A stretch of 64,000 nt of DNA from Chiloscyllium plagiosum (lineage: Eukaryota), in the NCBI RefSeq assembly GCF_004010195.1, contig NC_057728.1, positions 51,461,400 through 51,525,399 on the forward strand, in the 5' to 3' direction. Positions within the stretch are counted from its first letter, which is position 1, and every line of letters begins with the position of its first letter. Below are positions 63,771 to 64,000 of this stretch, one piece after another. The position numbers and the translations under genes were made by a program. Below the pieces are notes generated by a model. That model was not told where the DNA came from, did no database searches, and saw nothing but the letters and a program-made list of their open reading frames with translations.

Positions 63771-64000
63771 TTATTGCTTAATTCCACTGTGCGTCACTTC
63801 CTCATTCACTTTGCTGATGATTATTGGCTGAATAGGATTTGTTCTAAATTTTGGTCAGTTTTCCAGATTGTTGAGTTGATAGGAGTGTTGTAGCTGAAAC
63901 TTCAATTAATTTCCAAGAAACCTCTCTGTAAACCCATCTCAATCCAGAAAATTCCCAATCAGTTCTCTATCTTCCAGTTTTCTACATTACCCTTAAAAAA

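Overview
Vertebrate genomic DNA, most likely a cartilaginous fish (inferred from HE1/V-SINE-like SINEs and dense CR1 LINEs). Two divergently oriented protein-coding genes are supported. MTERF2 is on the minus strand (single coding exon 1122-2273, GC-box promoter near 5.2-5.9 kb). A CHST1-like Gal-6-O-sulfotransferase is on the plus strand, with its CDS split as join(36692..36839,58083..59197), 420 aa; the ORF track misses the N-terminal exon. The rest is mostly CR1, other LINE and SINE fragments, minisatellites and one N gap. The most interesting signal is a family of short (about 90-270 bp) non-coding insertions, often head-to-head palindromes, flanked by 9-17 bp target-site duplications. Most carry a minimal type-I hammerhead ribozyme motif (CUGANGA-A-GGGC-loop-GCCC-GAAAC-GUC), which suggests non-autonomous Penelope-like, ribozyme-bearing retroelements. 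All calls are by eye; no searches or folding programs were run.
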